In this document: piece by piece, positions 39,123 to 49,657 of the stretch
Layout of the letters: each line of letters begins with the position of its first letter
Position numbering within the stretch: position 1 is the stretch's first letter
NCBI GenBank assembly: GCA_947476295.1
Contig: CANJQC010000001.1
Coordinates: forward strand, 28,555-92,554
Direction: 5' to 3'
DNA: 64,000 nucleotides
From: Planctomycetaceae bacterium
GTDB taxonomy: Bacteria; Planctomycetota; Planctomycetia; Planctomycetales; Planctomycetaceae
The notes under the pieces: generated by a model
What the model was told of the DNA's origin: nothing
The model's input: only the letters and a program-made list of their open reading frames with translations
The model's database searches: none
Translations under genes and position numbers: made by a program

Positions 39123-39602
39123 ATGGACGCGGACGATTATTTGATTGACCATTCGGGATTTGACTGGAAGAAACTCCTGTCTTCATGGGAGTGGCTGCTG
39201 GAAGATGAGATGGAGGTGGCACCGTGGCTGGTGAGTCGCTTTGGGGATTTGTTCTTTGTTGATGAACGTGGCATCGTAAATTGGCTCAACATCAGTGACG
39301 GTGAGCTCACCGAGGTGGCATCCAGTGAGGCTGAGTTCGTCGAATTGCTTGACGATGAAGGCAACGCTGACGACTGGTTCCTGATGGGACTGGTCGATGA
39401 GATGTCGGAAGCCGGAAAGGAGCTGGGCTCCGGCCAATGTTACGGCTTCAGGACTCTGCCGGTGCTCGGCGGCGAATTTAAACACGAAAACATGGATGTT
39501 TTATTGCTTGCAGACTACTGGGCCTTCTGCGGCCACATTCACGCTCAGCTCGACGGCTTGCCTGACGAGACGGTGGTCGATATCGACGTGCCGGAGCGGT
39601 GA
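39123..39602 (+). CDS. DUF1851 / Tdi1-like (T6SS immunity protein C-terminal domain) protein
   Basis: FDWKKLLSSWEWLL...SRFGDLFFVDERG...CYGFRTLPVLGGEF matches my recollection of the DUF1851 consensus. ATG at 39123 with AGGA upstream. Confidence 0.55.
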   Translation: MDADDYLIDHSGFDWKKLLSSWEWLLEDEMEVAPWLVSRFGDLFFVDERGIVNWLNISDGELTEVASSEAEFVELLDDEGNADDWFLMGLVDEMSEAGKELGSGQCYGFRTLPVLGGEFKHENMDVLLLADYWAFCGHIHAQLDGLPDETVVDIDVPER

Positions 39603-39707
39603 AGCTCACATTGTGGTTTTCATGAAACTCGGTATCACATATGATGCACGGACCCTCAAACGCACGCATCAGATACTCGAAAGACCTACACGAAAGACAC
39701 GCCATCG

Positions 39708-40709
39708 ATGTCGAAGCCCATCGCCACCATTCGTGACGTCCGTGAAGCTGAGGCCGTGATTCGCCAGCATGTTTCTCCCGCGCCGCTGATTCGGTCGCAT
39801 GCGTTGGAGAAAGAACTTGGCCTGCCGCCCAGTCGCCGAGTCTGGCTGAAGGACTACGGCTGGACTCCTTCGGGATCATTCAAACTTCTGGGTGGTCTGA
39901 ACTGGATGGCGAACAACCTTGAGCGGATCGGATCGCGACCGGTTGCGGCTCATTCGTCGGGCAATTTTGCATCGGGGATCGCGTTCGCCGGGATGCGATA
40001 CGAAAGGCGAGTCATCATCGTAATGCCCCAGAGCGCTCCGCTGGTCAAGTTCGAACTGACTCGTTCCTTCCACGCGGAGATTCGCACTTATGACAGCACC
40101 CGCGACCACGAGACAGGTGAACGAGATCGCCTGACCCGTGAGATCGCCGAAGAAGAGGGAGCAATTCAGGCGTCTCCGTATGACGACCGGCATGTCATTG
40201 CCGGCAACGGCGTGGGAGGTCTGGAAATCGTTTCGGAGCTGCAAGGTCAGGGCCGCACAGTCTCGCAGTTTCTCTGCCAAGTCAGCGGCGGCGGACTGAT
40301 GGCCGGCCATGCACTGGCGATGGCCGACGCATTTCCCGCTGCCGGCATTATCGCCGTCGAACCGGAATCCGCGAACGACTTTTGCCAATCGCTCGCCGCC
40401 GGAAAGCGTGTGCGCGTGGATCGCCCGCAGAGCATCTGCGATGGCCTGTTGTCGTACGACGTCGGCGAACAGAACTGGCCGATTCTTAAGCAGCATGTGA
40501 CTGCGGCGGTCTGCGTCCCCGATTCGGAAACACAACAGGCGATGCGCTGGATTTACGCTAGGCACGGCCTGCGCACCGAACCGTCGGGTGCGATCACTAC
40601 CGCAGCCCTGCTGCACGGCAAAGTCAACATCGCAGGCGAAGGCGATATCGTCGTAGTCGTCAGTGGGCGCAACGTGGATGATGATCGTTTTCGCGAATGG
40701 ATCGAATAG
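39708..40709 (+). CDS. PLP-dependent threonine/serine dehydratase family protein
   Basis: PLP-lysine motif SGSFKLLGG and the fold-type II glycine-rich loop (QVSGGGLMAG). Confidence 0.8.
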   Translation: MSKPIATIRDVREAEAVIRQHVSPAPLIRSHALEKELGLPPSRRVWLKDYGWTPSGSFKLLGGLNWMANNLERIGSRPVAAHSSGNFASGIAFAGMRYERRVIIVMPQSAPLVKFELTRSFHAEIRTYDSTRDHETGERDRLTREIAEEEGAIQASPYDDRHVIAGNGVGGLEIVSELQGQGRTVSQFLCQVSGGGLMAGHALAMADAFPAAGIIAVEPESANDFCQSLAAGKRVRVDRPQSICDGLLSYDVGEQNWPILKQHVTAAVCVPDSETQQAMRWIYARHGLRTEPSGAITTAALLHGKVNIAGEGDIVVVVSGRNVDDDRFREWIE

Positions 40710-40721
40710 GGCACGAGTGCG

Positions 40722-42308
40722 ATGAAGCGCGGCGAGATGCTGGCGGCGATGAATGATCGCAGTACGGTGTGGGATGTGATCGTGATCGGAGGCGGCGCGA
40801 CTGGACTCGGGGCGGCCGTTGAAGCGGCGTCGCGGGGACATCGAACGGTACTTGTCGAGGCCGATGATTTCGCAAAGGGCACGTCGAGTCGATCAACCAA
40901 ACTGATTCATGGCGGAGTGCGTTACCTGCGACAGGGACGCATCGGTATGGTCCGACAGTCTCTGCGTGAACGTGAACGACTGTTGCAGAACGCTCCGCAT
41001 GTCGTGCATTCTCTGGACTTCGTTTTGCCCACGTGGCAATGGGGGGCGAAGACGTTCTACTATGCCGGGCTGAAAGTTTATGACTTGCTGGCCGGACGAG
41101 GAACTTCTGGCCGATCCCGACGATTGACTCGCAAGGAAACCTGCGAACGGTTGCCCACGCTGCGGGACGATGGACTGCGTGGAGGAGTGCTGTACTCTGA
41201 CGGACAGTTCGACGACGCTCGACTCGCCATTACCCTCGCAAGGACGGCTGTCGATCTGGGCGCGGTGGTTGCAAACTACTTGTCGGTCGTGCGACTTGTC
41301 AGGCAACAGCGGAGAGTCACCGGTGTGATTGTTCGCGACGCTGAATCGGGGAACGAATTGGAGCTGCAGGGGCGAGTCATTTTGAATGCGACCGGTGTGT
41401 TCGCGGAGGACATCCTGCAAATGGACACCGATTCGCAGCAATCGCCGGCATCGGATGATCATCCCCAAGTTGTATTGAGCCAGGGATCGCATCTTGTGGT
41501 GGATGCATCGTTTCTACCGGGCTCAAACGCGCTGATGATCCCGAAGACGGATGACGGACGTGTCCTGTTTGCGATTCCGTGGCATGGAAAAGTGCTGCTG
41601 GGGACGACTGATCTTGGTGTCGAAAACGTTACTCGCGAGCCTCGCCCGCATTCTTCAGAAATTGAGTATCTGCTGGAACATCTGGGACGTTATCTGCAGC
41701 GATGTCCGGGTGAATCGGATATTCGTTCCCGCTTCGCAGGTCTGCGTCCATTGGTTGGCGCGAGATCTGGTTCAAATGCCACGTCAAAACTGTCACGGGA
41801 ACATGAAATCTACACGGCAGCGAGTGGACTGATCACGGTGATTGGTGGAAAGTGGACCACGTATCGCCACATGGGTGAGCAACTCATCAACAGAGCGGAA
41901 GAGAATGGCGGGCTTCCCCGCAGACAGTCAGGAACGGCTTCGCTGAAGCTGCATGGGTGTCCGTCAAACGCCGATGCTGCTGTCATGCAATCCTGGAACA
42001 TTTATGGCAGCGACGCGCACAAGATCGATTCCCTGATCCGCGAAAGTCCCGAACTGGCAAAGGCATTGCATCCACAGCTTCCGTACCGAGCGGCCGAAGT
42101 GATCTGGGCGGCGAGACATGAGATGGCTCAAACCATCGAAGACGTCTTAGCCCGCCGAACTCGCGCGTTGTTTCTGGACGCACATGCTGCGATGGAATCA
42201 GCGGCGTTTGTTGGGGAGCTTTTGCAACAGGAATTGAAGCGAAATGACCACTGGAAGATTGAGCAGATGAATCATTTTTCTATGATCGCACGCGGCTATT
42301 GCGAGTAG
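40722..42308 (+). CDS. glpD: FAD-dependent glycerol-3-phosphate dehydrogenase
   Basis: WDVIVIGGGATGLGAAVEAASRG dinucleotide fold. SSRSTKLIHGGVRYL motif. 528 aa with a C-terminal GlpD-type domain. Confidence 0.85.
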   Translation: MKRGEMLAAMNDRSTVWDVIVIGGGATGLGAAVEAASRGHRTVLVEADDFAKGTSSRSTKLIHGGVRYLRQGRIGMVRQSLRERERLLQNAPHVVHSLDFVLPTWQWGAKTFYYAGLKVYDLLAGRGTSGRSRRLTRKETCERLPTLRDDGLRGGVLYSDGQFDDARLAITLARTAVDLGAVVANYLSVVRLVRQQRRVTGVIVRDAESGNELELQGRVILNATGVFAEDILQMDTDSQQSPASDDHPQVVLSQGSHLVVDASFLPGSNALMIPKTDDGRVLFAIPWHGKVLLGTTDLGVENVTREPRPHSSEIEYLLEHLGRYLQRCPGESDIRSRFAGLRPLVGARSGSNATSKLSREHEIYTAASGLITVIGGKWTTYRHMGEQLINRAEENGGLPRRQSGTASLKLHGCPSNADAAVMQSWNIYGSDAHKIDSLIRESPELAKALHPQLPYRAAEVIWAARHEMAQTIEDVLARRTRALFLDAHAAMESAAFVGELLQQELKRNDHWKIEQMNHFSMIARGYCE

Positions 42309-42322
42309 AGCTTTACTCATTC

Positions 42323-43855
42323 TCAGCGTATCGAATTCGTCACATCGCGAGCCACCGCAAAGATGATGCCGTCCTGAGGAACCGATTTCGCCGTCCATTC
42401 AAAGAAACGCCAGCTTCCGTCAGATACGCTGTAGCGATTCTGAAACTGAACCACGGGTTGGCCGAGTTGTAATTGCGACATTACGTTGATTGTTTGTTCC
42501 CGGTCCTCCGGATGCACAAGCTCCATAAACGGACGCGAAAGCAGCGCTCCTTCTGAATAGCCAAGCACACGCGGGAAATTGGAATTTACGCGGCGGAAAT
42601 AGCCATCGAGGCCAGCGATGCAAAATAGATCAAGACTGAGTTCAAAAAAACGTTCCAGATCGCTTTCCGCGCGCTGCAACAATGATTCCAGATACAGCGT
42701 AAGTTCGCTGGCGACAATTCTGGCATCCATGGGTCGAGCGTCCGGGTCAGGCGAAAGGCATTTCATCGCCAGCCGCACAAGCACGCCAGCCGCTCCGCTG
42801 TCGAGGAGTTTCGAATACGTCTCGCTCAGGTCTGCCTGAGTGGCCTTGAAGCATACGTCAAGGCCGCTCGTACCGCGATACGGCGGAAGGCCTGTCAGGA
42901 TTTCACAAAGAATGCCGCCCAACCCGAACACATCAGATCTCACATCCGCACAATGTCCACGTGCCAGTTCCGGTGACATATACGCCGGTGTTCCCCAGAC
43001 CATTCCGGCTGGAACGATTACACCCGGGTCATGAGATGATACGCCCGGCAGCGTTTCAGCGGCATCTGAGGCAGGCAGGGAATTGTCATTGTTATTCTGA
43101 ATACCGGGGCGGGGACAGAGATTCGCAGACGCTCGCGCGAGCCCCCAGTCCATCAGATGCACTTCACCAAAGGCACCGACCATGATGTTGGCCGGTTTGA
43201 TATCCAGATGAATCACACCGCACGAATGCGTATACGAAAGCGTCTGACAGACCTGTTGGAAGATATTCAGCAAGTGCGGAAGATCATCCTGAGGCGACGA
43301 TCGAGCGGCCAGAAGTTTCGCCAGTGTCATCCCCGTGACCAGCTTCATCGCGAAGTAAGGTCTTCCGTCATGGGAAGTTCCGTTTTGATAAATCGGGATG
43401 ATTCCAGGATGCTGCAGGCGTCCGGTGATGCGCGATTCATTTGTGAACTGGCGATGGAAAAGCGGCTTGTTCTGATGCTGCTTAAGCAGCAACTTGATAG
43501 CGACCTCCCGATCCAGTTCCAGGTCGTGGGCTTCGATGACGATTCCCATCCCGCCGCGAGCAATCTCTTTCTCCAGCCTGAAACTGCCAAGAATTTTGCC
43601 TTTCAGGTCTGCCGTACACTCGTCCACAGGCCTGTGGCCACTATGGAATGGCATTGTCTTGTCCAGTTCCGCCCTTCCGAAGTCGCCAGCATTATCAGAA
43701 TCGTAGTCCATTGTGAACAGTAAATTTTCGCTCTCGCCGGGACCAACCTCGCTGACGGTACATGGGTCGCTTGACGGTTCCGGCTCTGCCGCCTCACTGG
43801 ATTGCGGCGAAACGGAAGTGGCATGCCGCCCCACTGGCAAATCATCAGATCTCAT
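42323..43855 (-). CDS. Ser/Thr protein kinase with C-terminal PAS domain
   Basis: Kinase subdomains GGMGIV, VAIKLL, HLDIKPANIM, DWGLA and GTPAYMSPE. The C-terminal part is PAS-like (FCIAGLDGYFRRVN...). Confidence 0.85.
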   Translation of the reverse strand: MRSDDLPVGRHATSVSPQSSEAAEPEPSSDPCTVSEVGPGESENLLFTMDYDSDNAGDFGRAELDKTMPFHSGHRPVDECTADLKGKILGSFRLEKEIARGGMGIVIEAHDLELDREVAIKLLLKQHQNKPLFHRQFTNESRITGRLQHPGIIPIYQNGTSHDGRPYFAMKLVTGMTLAKLLAARSSPQDDLPHLLNIFQQVCQTLSYTHSCGVIHLDIKPANIMVGAFGEVHLMDWGLARASANLCPRPGIQNNNDNSLPASDAAETLPGVSSHDPGVIVPAGMVWGTPAYMSPELARGHCADVRSDVFGLGGILCEILTGLPPYRGTSGLDVCFKATQADLSETYSKLLDSGAAGVLVRLAMKCLSPDPDARPMDARIVASELTLYLESLLQRAESDLERFFELSLDLFCIAGLDGYFRRVNSNFPRVLGYSEGALLSRPFMELVHPEDREQTINVMSQLQLGQPVVQFQNRYSVSDGSWRFFEWTAKSVPQDGIIFAVARDVTNSIR

Positions 43856-44090
43856 GGCGGCCCTCCCTTATGAATCGCGAGGTTTTTGCCGCGATCAGGG
43901 TTCGCAAGTCTGTCGTGAGAGAAAACCCTGCCGATGCAGGATCAGGAATCCTCATTGGACCCGACCATGATTACACCATGTACACGGTCATAGTTCAAGG
44001 AGGATCCGACACAAAGTCGGGTCGCGACAGGCTGATCTTTTATGGTTCTCCACAGATTTCGGCCTCTTGTCCTTCGGTGGCCGACTATCC

Positions 44091-44462
44091 TCATACCTTG
44101 ACCTGCGCGCCACCAATCGTTTCAACGCCGATCGCGACACCGCCGACCGCAAAATAACCGGAGGCGACTCCTCCGACGCCTGCGATCACTCCGACGGCAA
44201 CTCCGCCAACCGCAATCAACCCCACGGCAATGCCTCCAATCGCAACGATTCCGCAACTGATTCCGCCCAGAGCGAAGACTCCGGTGGCAATATTTCCAAA
44301 GGCAAAGACGCCCTTCGCATGTCCACGAATCTCGCCGTTCTGTTCGTCAGGACCAATTGCAACGGAAATCAACGGCATGCCAAGCAGGGTCGCAGATGTC
44401 GAATAGCGAACAGTGCGGCGGCCATGAGTTCCGCCTTGATTCAGTTTCCGCTTCCCTTCCAA
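44091..44462 (-). CDS. glycine-rich repeat membrane protein (start uncertain)
   Basis: Repeated G[GI][IV]A[IV]G units (GGISCGIVAIGGIAVGLIAVGGVAVGVIAGVGGVASG). The only canonical-ish start is a TTG at 44462. The frame stays open upstream to the rsmG stop. Confidence 0.5.
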   Translation of the reverse strand: MEGKRKLNQGGTHGRRTVRYSTSATLLGMPLISVAIGPDEQNGEIRGHAKGVFAFGNIATGVFALGGISCGIVAIGGIAVGLIAVGGVAVGVIAGVGGVASGYFAVGGVAIGVETIGGAQVKV

Positions 44463-44534
44463 CGCTGTGACTGATGCTTGAAGATGCTCAACTTCCGCAC
44501 GTAGTGCTTCAACTTCTTTATCAGTCGTTATCGT

Positions 44535-45237
44535 TCACTTCGCTTTCACAATCTGCAGCAGGACACTCAGACCATCACGACCAGGAGTTGGCCATTCTGC
44601 AATCGGCTCCAGCTTCAGACGGTTGATAAGTCCTTCGGACTCAGCCTCTTCGAACTCCTCAGTCCATCGCGGGCCTTTGATAAGCAGCATTTGTCCGACG
44701 GACTTCCACACCGGTACGAACCACGTCAGGAGTTTGCTGATCGACCCTACGGCTCGCACCGTGATGACTTGAAATCGATGCTTCTTAAGAATCGTCTCCG
44801 CTCGATCTGCGTGTATCACAATCGGTAACCGCAGCGCCTTGACAATTGCCTGCAGCGCGGTCGCCTTCTTGCCGATCGATTCGCAAAGGGCGACCTTCAG
44901 GTCAGGACGCAGGATCGCCAGCACGATGCCAGGAACTCCGCCTCCGGAACCCACATCCAGAACTGTGGAATCCCGGGGAATATGCCGCGACAGTTCGATA
45001 GTGTCCAGCAGGTCGCGAGTCACAAACAAGTCCCAGTCCGTATGCCGCGTCAGGTTTAGACGGCTGTTCCAGTCCCACAACAGACGGCAATAATGCGCTA
45101 ACCGCGCAGCCTGTTCATTAGTCACAGACAATTGATGCGCGGCAACGGCCTTCAACAAATGCTGTACGTCTTCCGGCGACGCGGACGTGCTTGCAGGTGG
45201 AACGAAATAAGGAGTGGCAGCATTTTTTGAGGATGAA

Positions 45238-45251
<14 letters not shown>
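44535..45251 (-). CDS. rsmG: 16S rRNA (guanine527-N7)-methyltransferase
   Basis: LLWDWNSRLNLT and the SAM motif VLDVGSGGGVPGIVLAI. The start is probably a TTG, since there is no in-frame ATG. Confidence 0.85.
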
Positions 45252-46176
<925 letters not shown>

Positions 46177-46327
46177 GGCACACACTTTCCAAACTTAAGC
46201 GGCAGACACTCAGAATTTCCGTGTCAAGAGAGACAGCAATGCCGAAACTCTACCCGCCAGGAGGACTCAATTCAATCGGCCATGGCCTCAGCGCGGGAGT
46301 CGTCGCGGATTTCCGTGACTCTACCGA

Positions 46328-47479
46328 TCAGCGTCTAATCAAAACTCTGGAGCCAACGGTCAGCAACGCGAAGACTTCCTGAATGTCCTGATCGCCCAGA
46401 TGGATGCACCCGCGAGAGACGGCCTGGCCGATGGAATCCGGGTCGATGGTGCCGTGGATTCCGATGTGGTTTCCAAGGCCCAGCCAAAACTCGCCAAGCG
46501 GGTTTGAGGGATCGTCGGCATCGACGACGCCTCCGTCGGGATTGTACCACGTTGGATTCTCCAACTTCTCTTCGATCTTGAAATCCCCCGTCGGAGTCCC
46601 GTTCTCCGCACCAATCCCGATCGGATAACAATGCACGTACCAGCCATGAGCGTGAACGGTCAGACAGAAATCCTTCAGATCCACGACCGCCCCAAACGGG
46701 CCACGCACCACTTTCAACTGCTGCCCAGCCTGCAAATCGTCCGGCTCAACGCGGTTCAGACGTGCGAGATACTGCCAGGGCACGTCATATTTTTTCGCGA
46801 TCGTGCCAAGCGTCTCACCGTAGTCCACAAAATGTGGTTCTGCGAATTGGCGTTCAGGGGTCGTAAAGATAATGGCTGCCGTTTCATCAATCTGCTTTTG
46901 GATGATGTGTCGATGTTCGGGATGTTTCCAGTAGATGTCCGACATTTCCTGATGCGCTTCAAGAATCTGATCCGATTCCAAAAACTCTTCAATGCGTCGC
47001 AGTCGCTCCGCAATGTCGGCCGTCAGCACGGCCGGTTGCTGAGTGCGCAAAGGATTCGTTTCGGAACCTTGCGGTGCATCAGGTTCCCAGGACGCCTGAT
47101 CAACCTCAGAATCTCGCCGGGCATGTGATGCTGCTCGATTCACCTGGCCGGTTTGTTGTGACCTGGAACCTGCGGCGGACGATAAATGACGATTCTTGTT
47201 CTGTGCAATGGCATGGTCGAGCGGGTCTGGGCTGTCAATGACGTCGTGGTCCATTTCAGCAGCGGACGATTCATCACGAATGTCGCCCCAGTCGTCATCC
47301 AGGAACAAATTCGTTTCCGTGAGCGTTTTCTGATTTGTCTCTGCGACAGCACCGGTCGCTGCGGAACGAATGCGCGGGACAAGGTCCAGTTGCCAGACCA
47401 GAAATACAGCGGCGACGCCACCGACAATCCACCAATGCAGTTTCGACTGTCGCGCAGGCTTTGTTGCGAACGGTTCCAT
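46328..47479 (-). CDS. LysM + YkuD-domain L,D-transpeptidase
   Basis: N-terminal TM helix. LysM domain (YGETLGTIAKKYDVPWQYLARLN). YkuD catalytic motif IHGT...SRGCIHL. I chose the ATG at 47479; the six-frame ORF extends to 47722. Confidence 0.85.
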   Translation of the reverse strand: MEPFATKPARQSKLHWWIVGGVAAVFLVWQLDLVPRIRSAATGAVAETNQKTLTETNLFLDDDWGDIRDESSAAEMDHDVIDSPDPLDHAIAQNKNRHLSSAAGSRSQQTGQVNRAASHARRDSEVDQASWEPDAPQGSETNPLRTQQPAVLTADIAERLRRIEEFLESDQILEAHQEMSDIYWKHPEHRHIIQKQIDETAAIIFTTPERQFAEPHFVDYGETLGTIAKKYDVPWQYLARLNRVEPDDLQAGQQLKVVRGPFGAVVDLKDFCLTVHAHGWYVHCYPIGIGAENGTPTGDFKIEEKLENPTWYNPDGGVVDADDPSNPLGEFWLGLGNHIGIHGTIDPDSIGQAVSRGCIHLGDQDIQEVFALLTVGSRVLIRR

Positions 47480-47952
47480 GTTCGGCGTTACCTCAAGATC
47501 CGTTTGAAGTGTCCCTCCGGTGCTGTCGGGATTGTCGCAAACCTCAGGTTTTGCGGCTACCCCGGTCTGGTGTACCCACAACAGAGCGATGAAATTGCTG
47601 AGTTTCCTAGCAAAAACGAGCCGACGACGGCGCTTCAGCACGCGAGTTTGTGGCTTGATTCGCCCGTAAAATACGCCCCGACACTCCGTGGCGGGAATTC
47701 TCGCTGCGGAGCATCGAGGCACAATGCAGCACGCACCGGACGTTCAAACTCTGACGTCACCGAAACGCAATGTTCCGCGAAAGCGGTTCCCATACGCGCC
47801 TGCCGCCTCAGCGGTCCGGGCAAATTATCCATGTGGTGAGTCGCGACGATCTTTGCAATGTTTGCAATTCGATTCAATAACTCTGCGCATATGCTTCACC
47901 CCTGAACGGCTGGACCAATAAGATGCGAACACGTCTTTGGACGAGTTACGTC

Positions 47953-49086
47953 ATGTCGGAGAATCTGAAACTTCATTCGAGTCCCCCGTTGATCCGCATT
48001 GCTTACGTCATTCCAACTCTCGACCAGTCAGGTGCGGAACGACAGCTCACACTGCTGGCCACCGGTTTGCCGCGCGAAACGTATTCTGTGCGTGTCATCT
48101 CGTTGCAACGAGGTGGCCCGTATTTGAAGACGTTGACAGATGCGGGAATTGATGTGCGGGTCCTGGGTAAGCGATTTCGCTTCGACCCACTAACCTGGTA
48201 TCGACTGCGACAGGAACTGCGATCTTTTCAGCCTGACATTGTGCAGTCGTTCTTATTTGCGGCGAATTCCTACGTGCGGTTGCCGGGAATCACGCCCTCA
48301 AAGACGAAAATTGTCGTGTCGGAACGTTGCGTCGACAGCTGGAAAAGTGGCTGGCAGCTGAGACTCGATCAACGCCAGATTCCACGCACTCATGCGATGA
48401 CTGCGAATTCGAACAGTGTCGCCGACTTCTATGCTGGCATCGGTATTCCGCGAGAACTTATCACTGTGATCCCGAACGCGCTGCCGATGACCGAACCTCG
48501 CTATTCAAGGCAACAGGCGCGAGAGATTCTGGGGCTTAAGGATGAGCATAAAGTTGTCGGTTTTGTCGGACGCCTGGCATCTCAGAAACGGCTGCACGAT
48601 GTGATCTGGGCGTTTCAGCTGTTGCATCAATTGGTTGAGAATGCCCGGCTGGTATTGATCGGATCCGGGCCGGAACGCGAATCGCTTTCAGAACTGGCGA
48701 CGAGCTTTGGGTGTCGCGACCGGATCATCTTCGCAGGGCATCGAGAGGATGCATCCGCGTTAATGGCCGCGTTTGATACGTTCGTCCTAGGAAGTGATTT
48801 CGAAGGCATGTCCAACAGCCTGATGGAAGCGATGTCGATTGGACTGCCGTGCATCGCCAGCGACATTCCCCCGAATCGTGAACTCCTCACCGACGGCGAA
48901 ACCGGGCTGCTTTTTCCGGTCGGCAAATCACCGAATCTGGCGAAGTTGTCTGCAAAAGTGCTGACGGATGCTGATTTGGCACACCGACTTGGACAGGCCG
49001 CACGTCACCGCATCTCAACTCACCACACCGTGGAACAGATGATCGAAGCGCATGAATCATTGTACGAGCGACTGCTCGATCATTGA
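47953..49086 (+). CDS. GT4-family (GT-B) glycosyltransferase
   Basis: IAYVIPTLDQSGAERQL N-terminus. C-terminal EGMSNSLMEAMSIGLPCIASD...E motif. Confidence 0.85.
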   Translation: MSENLKLHSSPPLIRIAYVIPTLDQSGAERQLTLLATGLPRETYSVRVISLQRGGPYLKTLTDAGIDVRVLGKRFRFDPLTWYRLRQELRSFQPDIVQSFLFAANSYVRLPGITPSKTKIVVSERCVDSWKSGWQLRLDQRQIPRTHAMTANSNSVADFYAGIGIPRELITVIPNALPMTEPRYSRQQAREILGLKDEHKVVGFVGRLASQKRLHDVIWAFQLLHQLVENARLVLIGSGPERESLSELATSFGCRDRIIFAGHREDASALMAAFDTFVLGSDFEGMSNSLMEAMSIGLPCIASDIPPNRELLTDGETGLLFPVGKSPNLAKLSAKVLTDADLAHRLGQAARHRISTHHTVEQMIEAHESLYERLLDH

Positions 49087-49383
49087 TCGTCAAACGGCCG
49101 ACTCAACTCACAGCCCAGAGCTCGAACGATCGCCTTGCAATGCGTTCCAGTTGCAGGTCAGGAACGTCTTTCTCGCCACACGAATATCCCATTTTGCCTA
49201 GCTGGCCGGTTTTCAGCCATTCGATGTGGGGGAACATGGAAATAAGGCTCAAGAATTGGGGACTTGCACTGCACAAAGTGATTTTCTGTGGTTAATCTCC
49301 AGAGGTCAAACATCGTGTTGACTATTCGCTCGGTGTAATCTGTAGCTTCCTTCACTTTGCACATTTTTCACGGAAGAGAAAAA

Positions 49384-49614
49384 ATGCGACTTCAGCCTAG
49401 GACAAGTCCTGAAACGGATCGCTGCATGGATTTGATCCAGCAGTTGGCCAGTGTTGTTGTGCGTGATCTGTGCGTCGATGTTGGATTTGAGTCGGTTGTG
49501 CTGACCGGTCGCGCTGACTCTTGGCACGGTAAACAGGTTGCAACGTCCGCCGCACGCCGCATGTATCCTAATCATCGCATCGAAAACTTGCTGCAGGTAA
49601 CGACCGTCCGCTAA
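49384..49614 (+). CDS. small BON-domain-like protein (76 aa)
   Basis: VDVGFESVVLTGRADSWHGKQVATSAARRMYPNHRIENLLQV fits the BON pattern (V.V..G.V.L.G.v.s...k..A...a....V.N.l.V). GGAAGAG lies upstream of the ATG. Confidence 0.5.
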   Translation: MRLQPRTSPETDRCMDLIQQLASVVVRDLCVDVGFESVVLTGRADSWHGKQVATSAARRMYPNHRIENLLQVTTVR

Positions 49615-49657
49615 CGAGCATGTTGTTGCATTGATGGGGACGGACAGTCGACGTCTG

